From positions 64,001 through 128,000 of the forward strand of contig CAVTET010000005.1 in NCBI GenBank assembly GCA_963733675.1: a DNA stretch of 64,000 nt. The letters are read 5' to 3'. A program made the translations under genes and the position numbers. The notes under the pieces were generated by a model that had not been told where the DNA came from, ran no database searches, and was given only the letters and a program-made list of their open reading frames with translations. Source of the DNA: an uncultured Methanosarcinaceae archaeon. GTDB taxonomy: Archaea > Halobacteriota > Methanosarcinia > Methanosarcinales > Methanosarcinaceae. Shown here piece by piece: positions 24,808-36,267 of the stretch (position 1 is its first letter; every line of letters begins with the position of its first letter).

Positions 24808-26094
24808 ATGACAATTGTAGAAGATGCTCAAAAAGGAATAATTACAGAAGAGATGAAGATCGTTGCAAAGGATGAAGGACTTGACCCTGAATTTATCCTC
24901 CGTGGTGTTGCAGCTGGAAGAATCGTCATTCCAACCTCTCCCTACAGAAAAGTAAAAATTTGCGGAATTGGAGAAGGACTCCGAACCAAAGTCAATGCAT
25001 CCATTGGTGTATCCTCAGACATCGTTGATGTAGATATGGAAGTCAATAAAGCAAAAGCTGCGGAAGCCGCTGGAGCAGACACCCTTATGGAACTAGGAAC
25101 TGGCGGAGATTTCCTAGCAATCAGAAAAAAGGTAATTGACAGTATCTCCCTTTCTGTAGGTTCTGTACCCCTATACCAGGCTTTCATTGAGGCCGCAAGG
25201 AAGTATGGTTCAATAGTACATATGACTGAAGAAGAACTCTTCAAGGCAACTGAAGATCAGGCAAAGCTCGGGACCAACTTCATGGCAATCCATACAGGGA
25301 TTAACAATATCACTATGGAGCGACTCAAAGCTCACGGGAGGTATGGTGGGCTCTGTTCTCGTGGCGGAGCATTCATGACTTCCTGGATGCTCCACAACGA
25401 AAAGGAAAATCCCCTATATGCTAACTTTGATTATCTGATTGAGATTCTCAAGGAACACGAAGTTGTACTCTCCACAGGAAATGGGATGAGAGCAGGAGCA
25501 GTACACGATGCAACCGATAGGGCACAGATCCAAGAACTGATTATCAACGCCGAACTAGCAGATAAGGCCCACCAGAGGGGGCTGCAGGTCATTGTCGAAG
25601 GCCCAGGGCACGTTCCACTCGATCAGATTGCAACAAATGTAAAACTCATGAAGGAAATGAGCGGACACAAACCCTTCTACATGCTCGGTCCACTTGTAAC
25701 CGACATCGCACCCGGCTACGACCACATAGTGACAGCAATCGGTGCATCAGTAGCTGCATCATATGGATGTGACTTCCTATGTTATGTGACTCCTGCAGAG
25801 CACCTTGCCCTTCCAAACATCGAAGACGTCATCATGGGAGTCAAAACAGCCAAGATTGCAGCTCATGTAGGGGACATGGTAAAGTACCCAGACAGAGAAA
25901 GAAAACAGGACCTTTCGATGGGTAGAGCCAGAAGAGAACTCGATTGGGAAAAGATGTACTCCCTTTCAATCGACCCGCAGTACGCAAGAAAAATCAGGGC
26001 CAGCAGAGCACCTGAAGACACAGACGCTTGTACCATGTGTGGTAACTATTGCGCCCTGAAGATAGTTAACCAAAATTATAACCTCGCAAAATAA
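24808..26094 (+). CDS. thiC: Phosphomethylpyrimidine synthase ThiC (ThiC/BzaAB family)
   Basis: TKVNASIG, SRGGAF, GMRAG, VEGPGHVP, PGYDHI, YVTPAEHL, CTMCGNYC. Confidence 0.93.
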   Translation: MTIVEDAQKGIITEEMKIVAKDEGLDPEFILRGVAAGRIVIPTSPYRKVKICGIGEGLRTKVNASIGVSSDIVDVDMEVNKAKAAEAAGADTLMELGTGGDFLAIRKKVIDSISLSVGSVPLYQAFIEAARKYGSIVHMTEEELFKATEDQAKLGTNFMAIHTGINNITMERLKAHGRYGGLCSRGGAFMTSWMLHNEKENPLYANFDYLIEILKEHEVVLSTGNGMRAGAVHDATDRAQIQELIINAELADKAHQRGLQVIVEGPGHVPLDQIATNVKLMKEMSGHKPFYMLGPLVTDIAPGYDHIVTAIGASVAASYGCDFLCYVTPAEHLALPNIEDVIMGVKTAKIAAHVGDMVKYPDRERKQDLSMGRARRELDWEKMYSLSIDPQYARKIRASRAPEDTDACTMCGNYCALKIVNQNYNLAK

Positions 26095-26429
26095 GCATGT
26101 ATTAGTAAATTAACAATAAGTATTTAGTGCTTTATTATCTGATCCTCTTAAAAAAGAGGGTCTTAAATTAGCTCTTAAAATCCGTAATCTAATTTGACAA
26201 TTGTTGCTTTAAAAATATTCCCCAAATTAATTTTTTTGAACTTTATTTTACAAATCAGCAAGCATCAATAGTTGATATTCAATAAAGTTCAGGAATGAGT
26301 ATAGTTTCCTACTTCCTTTCTTTACTCTCCTGACTTCAAATTTTACTGTATCCTTGAGATGGTTATGTATTTTCCGCACTCCATATTTTTTTAGATAGTT
26401 CTTTGAATGAATCATATCTAATATTTCGG

Positions 26430-26520
26430 TTTCTAACTCTGAAAGACAGAGAATGGATTTGGCCTGAATGTTAAAAAAGCACAATAGAGATACGAATGCA
26501 GCTATAAATATTAAGAAAAT
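26430..26520 (+). mobile_element. tnpB C-terminal fragment, cut by an IS5 remnant
   Basis: LTLKDREWIWPEC...HNRDTNAAINIKK. Confidence 0.7.
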
Positions 26521-27370
26521 TTTGATAAATTCCTATACATTTGAGTATTGCTAGTTAAAATCCCTTAACAATGATTTTTACTCATTAAAATTTATACTGA
26601 TTTTGCTCTTAAAGAAATAACTAAGCTTCTTCAATCAATAAGAGACAAACTTATTGAAATTAATTCCTTAATTGATTGGAAAATTTTTCGTATCATTTTT
26701 GAGTCCATATGTTTTAACAAAAAATTTCTGGAGCCATATCTGAAGCTGACGTAATCATTACGTTAAAAATGCTTTTTAACAGCAATATCATAATTTCCCC
26801 TACTTTGAAATTGATAAATTATGTATTGATCGAATTTCTTTCAGAAAATTCCTTGGTTTTTCTTAGTAAATTTTAGATAATACCAACTTCTGATCATTCA
26901 AAAAAATTAGAACTACAAAGAAAATATAATATTGGGACATTTGCAAAGCCAACTTGATTACCTGGGTTTTGAAAATCAAAAAGGGATGATTCAGGATATA
27001 ATTTTATCCATTCAGATCCTGGACATGCAAAAGCGGATAATCCTCGAGAAAATAAGCAATAATTAGGAAAAGCATCACATAATTTGGTAAAAAAGGGTGA
27101 TAAGTTACAATTAGGATATAAACTTTATAGTATAATAGACAGAGATTATTAGCTGATCAGAAGAGTCAAACCAATAACTTCATTACTTCATGATTCTCGG
27201 ATAAATTTATCAGAAAAAAATGAAATGGTTTACAGAGATAGAGAATATTTGAAGCAAAATCAAAAGGTTATGATACAACAATGAAAAGAGCAGTAAAAGA
27301 ACATCTACTGGGAATGGATTGTATATTAAGAAACAATAGAATTTGTTTAAAAAGAGTTACTTGAACGATT
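26513..27370 (+). mobile_element. Degenerate IS5-family element
   Basis: Colinear and similar to 10672..11485 (TDFALK, LIDWK, CIDRISFRKFLGF, SDPGHAKAD, GYKL, LHDS, TMKRAV); many stops. Confidence 0.85.
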
Positions 27371-28051
27371 TTATGCATTACTAAAAAATTCAAACCAGGA
27401 AAATTGCTCCCCATTATTTTTTTAAAAAGTAAATCGAATGATATTGTGGACAGTTTTATGTTATAATCTCTACCCTTTGATGAAACTGAAAATAAAATAA
27501 GTATTTTGAGGATATCAGAAGCTATTTTTAAAATCAAAGAATAGTAGATCAGAGAAGGAAAAATATGGACAGATACAGAAACTAGCAAGAAAGATTTGGA
27601 TAGGATTATTTGAGGTAAAAAATAAGAGGTAAACTGTTACCCTCCATCTACTTAAGGTTAGGTGATCAAAAATAATATCCTTTTGAGATATTTTTAATTT
27701 TGTATCTTTAACCTTATACCGTTGCTTGCAGATCCAAAATTACTGGTAGAAGAGATTTTAGCATAAATAAAGTATTGTGAACTTTTTGATAGCTATAATT
27801 TGGTTTATCAGGATAAGTTATTATATAGCGCTGCTACATAATTCAGAAGATACAGGAAGTAAACAAACTGTGTCTATGCCAGGAGTGAGGTCACCTTTTG
27901 TAGTAATAATCAACCACTACGTTACCTCCAAGACCTTTTTTGATATTCTTCTGATTTGTATTAATGGTTTCGAAACTGACGGGATTTGGAAGTATTATAC
28001 ATGTGAGAGATGATTAGAAATAAATAAAAATATCGAAATTGAGGTGATTTT

Positions 28052-28429
28052 GTGTATAATAAAAGAGTCATGGACCATTTCATGAACCCAAGAAATGTAG
28101 GGGAAATTGAAAATGCTGAAGGCATTGGAGAAGCTGGGAATCCACACGGAGATCACATGAAAATTTTTCTAAAAATTCGAAATAACCGAATTGAGGACGT
28201 AAAGTTCAAGACATTTGGTTGTGCAGCGGCAATTGCATCCAGCAGCATGGCAACAGAACTGATAAAAGGTAAGACCCTTAAAGAGGCTTATGAGCTCACA
28301 AATGAGGATGTTGCTGAGGCTCTTGAGGGCTTGCCTCCCGGAAAACTTGAATGCTCAGTAGTTTCCAGGGAAGCTATACATAGTGCAATCAGTGATTATC
28401 GCAAAAAACAAAGACTTGAAACGCTTTAA
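28052..28429 (+). CDS. iscU: IscU/NifU-N Fe-S scaffold-like protein with atypical ligands
   Basis: VMDHFMNPRNVG, KFKTFGCAAAIASSS, LPPGKLECS; the first Cys is absent (GNPHGD). Confidence 0.88.
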   Translation: MYNKRVMDHFMNPRNVGEIENAEGIGEAGNPHGDHMKIFLKIRNNRIEDVKFKTFGCAAAIASSSMATELIKGKTLKEAYELTNEDVAEALEGLPPGKLECSVVSREAIHSAISDYRKKQRLETL

Positions 28430-28954
28430 GAGAGACCTTTAGGTAAAAGATGAGAATACCCCTCAGCTATACAGGCTTACTAAAAAAGATTACGATTTAT
28501 CTAGTAATTTTTATCTTCGCAGGGATCCGGCCCATATCTTTCTCGCTAATTTCTGTACTTGCCCCGATTTTTCCTTTTCTGATCATTATTCTTTGCTTGA
28601 TCCCTACAGATGCTACAAACTGCAGTAACGAATAAAAGAATGTTAACATAAATGTCCTGTAGGTGCACTGATATTTTGATCTATAGGCCAGTAAATACTG
28701 GTTAGTATATAAGTTTCGATAGATATTATGTACTTAGACAATTAATACACAAATATTACTATTCATGAACATATATATTAATAAATAATCTAGGTCTGTA
28801 CTGTATAAATATATGTGTATTTCAAAACTTAGGTGGGTTTCCTAATTGGTTAATGGTCTTTAAATATTGTATTAACACTGGGAAGCGGATTAAAATATCA
28901 ATAATTGTAAGTTATGAATATTTTAACTACATACAGTTTTGGAGTGGGTTTTTA

Positions 28955-29341
28955 ATGAGAAAACTAATTTTTGACAGAACAAAAAAGATGCTGAGTATTT
29001 TATTTATAGTCTTTTTTATAGCATCCGTGATGACTACAGTTAGCACAGCTAATTGCTGGAATGGGATAGGAAGCTTTAATACTGGTAGTTCTAACGGAAA
29101 CCGTAATGGAAATGGAAATCATGGTTCTTTTAATAGGAACAATGACGGAAATAATAATTTTGGTTCTGGAAACGGAAATAATAATGGAAACAGCAACGGT
29201 AACGTGAAAGTTTGTCGTCAAACATGTGGATATGAATGTCCAACATGTGGATATAGTGATCAAATATGTGGATGTGGATTCCCAACATGTGGATTTGGAG
29301 ATCAAACATGTGGGTGTGGAGTCAAAACATATGGATGTTGA
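28955..29341 (+). CDS. Small secreted protein: Asn/Gly repeats plus Cys-rich C-terminus
   Basis: GGAGTG RBS before ATG 28955; signal peptide; GSxNGNxNGN repeats; 10 Cys in the last 42 aa with repeated PTCG/QTCGCG. Confidence 0.75.
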   Translation: MRKLIFDRTKKMLSILFIVFFIASVMTTVSTANCWNGIGSFNTGSSNGNRNGNGNHGSFNRNNDGNNNFGSGNGNNNGNSNGNVKVCRQTCGYECPTCGYSDQICGCGFPTCGFGDQTCGCGVKTYGC

Positions 29342-29789
29342 TTAACAAATAAATAATAAATAAATGTCAAATGTGTAAAATAGCCTTAGTTTCAGGAACT
29401 ATGATTTTAATACTGGTAAATATCATCTGCTAGAGCCCGAATTATCCATCTCCTGCAGACTTTACAAAACAGGATTTATTTGTTTCACTAATGCATATGT
29501 TTTATAGCAAAAACTATGCATTTATGATTGATCTTTTCATATTTATATGGTTATAACAAAATTCAATCCAGCTTTCCAAAAAAGGTAGGGGAAAAGATAA
29601 ACATCTGTTATAATTCATGAGATTAGGATTCTAGGATTCCTATACTAATTAGTTAAAGCTATTACTATATAGTGTATGTTTGAAAACTATATAATTAACA
29701 ACATATGTTTAGAATAATGTGAATAATGTTTGTATAATTTCTAGTTACCACAGGAAAAATAAAATTTTGTGGAAAATGAAAGGAGTTAT

Positions 29790-29975
29790 GATATGCAGGA
29801 AATTATGAAAGTTAACATAAATGAGGCTACTTTACAAAAGTTGACCTTAACCGGAGAAACTTCAAAAGAGTTAATATTATAGGAGTTGACTTTATAAAAG
29901 CCAACTTATAAAAAATCCTGCTTTGAAAGAATTAATCCTAAGGAGCTGAATTTAGAGAAGCTTACTCTTTAGCAT
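29790..29975 (+). pseudogene. Pentapeptide-repeat protein remnant
   Basis: Fragments EATLQ / VDLNRRNFKRVNIIGVDFIKANL / GAEFREA show 5-residue periodicity; multiple stops. Confidence 0.45.
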
Positions 29976-30521
29976 TTGAACAGCTTTCTAAAATGAAGAA
30001 AGGATCCCTTTCCTTTATCACGAAAATTTAGTTCTGTATCAACTAAATAATACTAAAATTAAGCATATAATCGGAAAGCTAACAATATTTATAACCATGG
30101 TTGCCATCTTTAAATTATAGTATTTAGTGATAATTTGTGGTATTATTCTGAAATAATTATAGGATATAATTAATATTTAATTAGTATTATTGCTAAAAAT
30201 ATTTTATGTAGAAATAAACTATGATTAATTTTAAATTATTGTTCAATTTAAAAATATTTTATAGGGTATAAAATTTAATGTTAAGTTTGTGAAAATCTGC
30301 TGACATAATAAAAACACAAATAATATTAATTTATATTTTGCTTTAAAACATTTTATGGGAAAGTAACTTTTATGTAAAAATTATTTTTGTATAATTAATT
30401 TAAAATAACCAACAACTAAGTAATTTTTGTGGTTCATTAAAATTTGTTGGTATACTAGAATCGATATCGATTAAATACAAAAATTGGTCTTTATGTCCAC
30501 TTTTCATAATCATAAAGAAGC

Positions 30522-31858
30522 ATGACCAAATCACTGCAATCCACATCGTCCCAAACACGGCAATACCAGGAAAACAGAGCTATAAGGCTCCTAAAATCTT
30601 TCAAAGGATTGCTTAAGATTCTTGGTCCCGGTTTCATTACAGACGCATCAGATGACGATCCATCTGGTATCTCAACCTATGCGCAAACGGGAGCAATTTT
30701 TGGATATAGTCAACTTTGGCTTGTTTGGTTCACATGTCCGTTCATGATTGTCATCCAACAGATGTGTGGTCGGATTGGGGTGGTGACGGGGAAAGGTCTA
30801 GCTGGCGTCATCCTCGAACATTACTCAAAGCGAGTGCTATACATAACGATTTAGCTGCTCGTGATCGCGAACACAATCAACATCGGCGCAGATCTCGGAG
30901 CGATGGCTGCATCGGCACAGATGCTGCTGGAGTTGCCGTTTCTTTTTTGGTTGGTACTCATTACAGGGTCTGTAATCGCCCTTGAGATATTTGTTCCTTA
31001 TATGACCTACTCGAGGATCCTTAAGTATCTAGCATTGACCCTCTTTGCGTACGTTCTGACAGCCTTCGTCATCAAGCTTGACTGGGGACCATTTTTCACG
31101 TCACGCTGATTCCACATCTTGAGTTTTCGGCAGACTACCTGCTAAATATAGTTGCGGTCCTGGGCACAACGATTTCTCCGTATATGTTCTTTTGGCAGGC
31201 ATCGGAGGAAGTCGAGGAGGAGATATTGAAGGGAAAAATTTCAGATATTGGTATCGGGAAATAATGTGTGACGCGAAGGGGTATAACCGAGATGGACGGT
31301 GACACATGCATTGGAATGTTCTTCTCCCAGATCATTATGTTCTTTATCATTGTCACTACCACAGCCACCCTGCACACCAGCAGGATCACTACAATCCAAA
31401 CCGCAACACAGGCAACAGAGGCGCTGCGGCCTCTAGCTGGCGACTTCGCTTACTTGCTCTTCGCAGCCGGAATCATAGGTACTGGGTTTCTAGCAGTTCC
31501 GGTGATGGTCGGAGCATCGGCTTATGCCATTTCAGAAACTCTCGGGCTGAATCAGGGACTCGGCAAGAAGCCTGGCTGGGCCCCGGGGTTCTACGCAGTG
31601 ATTACGATATCTACGTTTATCGGCATGTTCCTGGACTGGTTCGGAATTAACCCAATCATGGCCCTCTACTATACGGCCGTGTTGAACGGCCTAGTCGCTC
31701 CACCACTTATGGCACTGGTCGTAATGATTGCAAGCAGGAAGGACATCATGGGTCGATTCATTAACTCGAAAGCTAGTAGTGTCTTAGGATGGATAATCGT
31801 GTTGATCATGGCTCTGGTAGGGGTGGTGCTAATCTTCAACTCGGCAAAGGGACAGTGA
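30522..31858 (+). pseudogene. NRAMP-family divalent metal transporter, disrupted
   Basis: LGPGFITDASDDDPSGISTY, NTINIGADLGAM, VLGTTISPYMFFWQ, EALRPLAG; TAG at 30852, frameshift ~31100, TAA ~31262; visibly more GC-rich than its flanks. Confidence 0.9.
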
Positions 31859-32320
31859 CTTTTCGTTGAATATCCCAAATATTTTTCGTGGGGGTGATTT
31901 TGGCCGACAAATGCTATTTTAGATGCAATGAATCTGAATATTTTTGGATTCGGATGGTTAATAAATTTTGTTCCAGCATGACAAATCCTTTAGCGTACAG
32001 ATTTCGTTGACATTGAGCTTATGCAGTTGATTGTTTTGCAGTCAATTGGATAGTTCCATAATTTTTGGAGTTAATCACTAAGTTGCACACAAAGTGATTT
32101 TTTGTCCAAAATACAACTAGTATCGATAAATGCAAAAAACTAAAAACACATAGAAAAATAAATTAAGTGATGAATAATCATTTCTGGATTAAATTAATTT
32201 AAAGGATTGTGAAAATTGATGTGGATAATTTAAAAAGACGCCTAAGTTATTTTGCAGTGAGGGTTAATTAGTGGATGGCAGATTGATATTAGAAATAAAT
32301 TTATATAAATTCTGAATTTT

Positions 32321-33612
32321 ATGGCTATTTTTAGATCAATGGGGCTCTATGCTGCGACAGCAATTGGTATTGGAGCTATGATTGGAGCTGGAATCTTTTA
32401 TATCTTCGGGACAGCTATAAAGATTGCTGAAAATGCGGTATATCTCTCTTTTATTATCGCAGGTATAGTTGCTCTTTTAAATGCTTATTCCTGTGCAAAG
32501 TTTGCCGTCAGATATCCTTCTGCTGGTGGCCTTGTTGAATTTCTCCTAAAAGGATTCGGAGATGGAGTTTTGAGCGGAGGATTAAATCTCCTACTCTTGG
32601 TAAGCTATGTTTTCGCACTTGCCCTTTATTCAAAAGGTTTCTCTTCCTATGCAATAACTTTTCTGCCGCAGATTCGGCACAAATATGGGAAAAAATGTTT
32701 GCAACTTTAATTATCCTGATATTTACTGTTATAAATTTCATAGGAGCCAAAGCTGTAGGAAAATCGGAGCTATTTATTGTTTCGATAAAATTTGGCATAT
32801 TATTGCTTTTTGCAGTTGCTGGAATTTTTTGCATGAATACTGTGAATCTCTCGACTTCTACATGGCCAACTTCTATAAATATTCTTTTCGGTGCAGGTAT
32901 AGTATTTCTTGCGTACCAGGGCTTTGAATTAATAACAAATGCTGCAGAAGATGTCAGTAACCCAGAAATCACTCTTCCAAAAGCACTTTACCTAAGTGTT
33001 GTGCTAGTCATTTTTGTATATGTATCAGTCAGTCTGGCGGTAGTCGGAAATCTCTCAATTTATGAGATTGAAAATTCAAGAGATTATGCACTTGCAGCTG
33101 CAGCAAAGCCTTTTCTGGGAATTATAGGTTTTAAAATCATGGCTCTTGCTGCACTCATTTCAACTTCTTCCGCAATAAACGCTGCTCTTTACGGAGGAGC
33201 AAACATAAGTTATCTACTTACAAAAGAAGGACACTTACCTGTATTTTTGGAAAGAAAAGTTTGGAAAAAAGATACAGAAGGACTCTTGATTATATCCGGC
33301 CTTGTAATCCTGGTATCTGATTCTCTCCCACGTGATGAAATCGGCATGCTAGTAAGTACTTCTTTACTCATAATTTATATCGCTGTTAACTTTTCACACA
33401 TACTCCTATTAAAAGAGACTGGAGCAAGACCCTGGATAATTTGGGCTTCGCTTCTAAGCAGCTTGTTTTTCTTTGGAGTACTGGTATATCACGAATTTGC
33501 AAATTCGAAGCTCACTCTAGAACTACTAGGAGTTACGATTCTGTTTTGCTTCTCTGCTGAATGGATCTATAGAAAATATCCAGGCAGATCAATAAAGGAA
33601 AGGACGGATTAA
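32321..33612 (+). pseudogene. APC-family amino acid permease, frameshifted near 32660-32695
   Basis: IGAMIGAGIF, YPSAGG, FLAYQGFELITNAAED, STSSAINA. Confidence 0.85.
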
Positions 33613-33675
33613 CTGCATACAATATTTTAAAAATATTTTATTATAAGTAAGGGAAATGAATTACTAATTAAATAT

Positions 33676-33824
33676 GGTTCCGTGCAAAAATAATATTTCT
33701 GCAATTTGACACTATAATTTTCACCTTTATGTATCATTTTCGTTTTAATGAAAATGATTAACTTTCCGAATTGTAAAGGTTTTTTCTGATTTTGCAAGGG
33801 AGCCAGATTTTTTACAACGGAACC
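33676..33824. mobile_element. MITE with IS6-type ends
   Basis: GGTTCCGTGCAAAAA ... TTTTTACAACGGAACC; ends match the IS6 at 36268..37122. Confidence 0.7.
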
Positions 33825-33924
33825 GGAATAACTATGCAAGAAGGTTATTTTTGTTCCTTGTGACATTGTGCCAACTATAGCAGTAAGTATTGATTGGTTG
33901 TCCATGTAGAAAAGAAAAAGTAAA

Positions 33925-34645
33925 TTATAGTTCCCTCAAAAGACGAAAGCCCAAGAAGTTGATAAGGATATCAGGAGAAGCTTTTAAGCGACAAGCCGAA
34001 CGAATGATCTCAATATCGTTTCACCAACTACCACCTTTAATTATTCCGTCTGACTCATTTTCGACTTCGCATGGACTGCAATAAGAAGTTGTACTATTGT
34101 AGTCTTCATGCCATTTATCCTGAACCCATTCCCAGATGTTACCATGCATGTCGTAAAGACCCCAAGCATTGGGATTTTTCTCACCAACAGGATGAGTTTC
34201 ACCACCTGAATTTGGATAGAACCATGCATATTCATTAATCGTCACTCGTCATCACAAAGAGGAAATTCTGTTTGGGTACCAGCTCTGCAGGTATACTCCC
34301 ATTCAGCTTCTGTGGGAAGACGATACTTGTTAGTTTTTTCTTTGTCATTGAACCTGGTAATAAACTCCTGAACGTCATACCACGAAAATGCTTTCTACAT
34401 GTCTATTTTCGCCCTCGAATCGTAAAGGATTATTCCCCATTACCTTTTTCCAATGTTTTTGAGTTACCGGGTATTTGCCTATATAAAAAGGAATTTTAAC
34501 TGTTGCTTTACATGCAAGATGTCCGTTATTGGAGTTCTCCTTTTCATCAGACGAATTCACCATAGGTATTTCTAGGGGAATTTGTACGAATTCCAAAAGC
34601 TCCATAAGTCAGAGATCGATAAGGTTTTCTTACTATTGATGGCAT
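33925..34645 (-). pseudogene. Formylglycine-generating enzyme (FGE/SUMF1) domain protein, disrupted
   Basis: [35 protein letters not shown]...THPVGEKNPNAWGLYDMHGNIWEWVQD, GGSW, GFRL. Confidence 0.88.
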
Positions 34646-34725
34646 TTGGGAAATCCAGAGATTTAATCACAAAAACTGTGTATGGAAAAGTAAAAAAATG
34701 GTGAGAATTTGGATAAATCTCAATT

Positions 34726-35019
34726 TTAGGAAGAGCCGCCTTCTGGAGTACCTGGTGATCTACGACGATTTAATATCTCAATTGTACCAGTATTAACGCC
34801 AGTGGGTGGCTCGCTAAATACAGGAATATCACCATCCCAATATACAGGAGTATCAGTGGTAGCAACGTAACCTGGTTGTCCCGTAGTGTAGATATGATAG
34901 TTACTGCCGGCATAGTATCCTTGTGCACTCGCTGCCACCGCTGTCAAAGGCAAAACAAAAAGGCCTATCAGCAAAACAGCGAGTACCTTCTTCATTCCAC
35001 TAGATAATTGTTTCAACAT
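34726..35019 (-). CDS. Small secreted hypothetical protein (Tyr/Thr/Gly/Pro-rich cargo)
   Basis: AGGTGTG RBS; leader nearly identical to that of the cupredoxin at 12727. Confidence 0.7.
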   Translation of the reverse strand: MLKQLSSGMKKVLAVLLIGLFVLPLTAVAASAQGYYAGSNYHIYTTGQPGYVATTDTPVYWDGDIPVFSEPPTGVNTGTIEILNRRRSPGTPEGGSS

Positions 35020-35845
35020 TTATTTCACACCTTTTGTGATATCTACAACAAAATTTTTAGATTATGTTGTTGAATCATGTATATCTATTAAAAGAATTAT
35101 TTTAAATTATTTATAAAAAATATAGTTTCTAAACAAAAAGTCTTTCCACGTCGAATATTTTAACATTGAACAACAATTAAATATAAAATATGTATTACTA
35201 TAATTCAGAAATAATTACTTTTTCATTGCTCATTTTTCCAAAAAATAGGATTTACGTTTTTACTGATGTGGACGTTTTCATACAAAATTTGTGCATTAAT
35301 AAAAAAAGATAAATTGTTTTTTTGTAGCAAAGAAAAGGGTATAAGTCAATAGTTGGTTTCTTCTAACTCATTATTCTTAGCAATGTCATAAATTTGACTT
35401 TAATTGTCCAATTTTAAAACATTTAATAGATAAAAAAATTTTGTTCAAAAACTATTTTTTGTATAATTAATTTAAAAAGCTAAGTAAACCAATGAATAAT
35501 TACTGATGTAAGAAGATTCAGTAATTATAAAACATTTCAATAAACCATCGGTTTAAACAAATTGGTGGTATCCATTTTATAGGCAATCGATCAAAAATTT
35601 GGAATTATCTGTAATGAATAAATATTTCTTAGTTATATTTCCACTGCATCTTTTATTGTTTAAATTATAGGGAAATTGAACAAAAATATGGTGTATAGAC
35701 AGATTGGAAAATAAATAAGAGTTGACAGGACAAAAAAGATATCTAGCTATTTTGCTAGCAGATCTATTTGTAGTAGCATTAACAGCAGCAACAAAGAACG
35801 CTGAATCAATTATTTATCAATTAAATATGACTTGGAGGTTAAATT

Positions 35846-36025
35846 ATGCCTAATTTGATAGGTCTTGCAGTATTCTTTTTATTATTAGCATTCGTTGCAT
35901 ATGTATTGGGTGCAACGGGAATTGCAGGTTTCTCAATGGAAATTGCAAAATGGTTAATAATAATTTTTGTCATACTTGCTATTATAACAGCTTTATTTAT
36001 CACGATTTTCATACGCTCTATTTAA
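35846..36025 (+). CDS. DUF1328 (UPF0391) small membrane protein, 59 aa, not in the ORF track
   Basis: GGAGGT RBS; MPNLIGLAVFFLLLAFVAYVLGATGIAGFSMEIAKWLIIIFVILAII... Confidence 0.85.
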   Translation: MPNLIGLAVFFLLLAFVAYVLGATGIAGFSMEIAKWLIIIFVILAIITALFITIFIRSI

Positions 36026-36029
36026 AAAA

Positions 36030-36219
36030 ATCAAGAACTCAAAATAATCTTGGAATTTCATATCGTACTTTGGCTGAGGCTAGAGATAAAGGTGAAAATG
36101 CTCAAAATGCTATTTCTGCCGACCAAAAAGCTCTAGAAGTATATACAGTTGAGAAATATCCTGATGATTATGCAAGTACTCAAAATAGTCTTGAAAATGC
36201 AAAAAGGCTTTTAATTTAG
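36030..36219 (+). pseudogene. TPR-repeat protein C-terminal fragment
   Basis: TQNNLGISYRTLAE...ALEVYTVEKYPDDYASTQNSL; no start codon or RBS of its own. Confidence 0.7.
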
Positions 36220-36267
36220 AGCCGGTATAGTTTTTTTTTTCAAAGTATAGTATAGCATGCATAATTT

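Noticed and set aside
30852-30854. In-frame TAG in NRAMP as a possible pyrrolysine codon
   Set aside because: The same gene has a later frameshift and a TAA, so read-through would not rescue it. The TAG in gpmI (~56870) sits at a frameshifting deletion.
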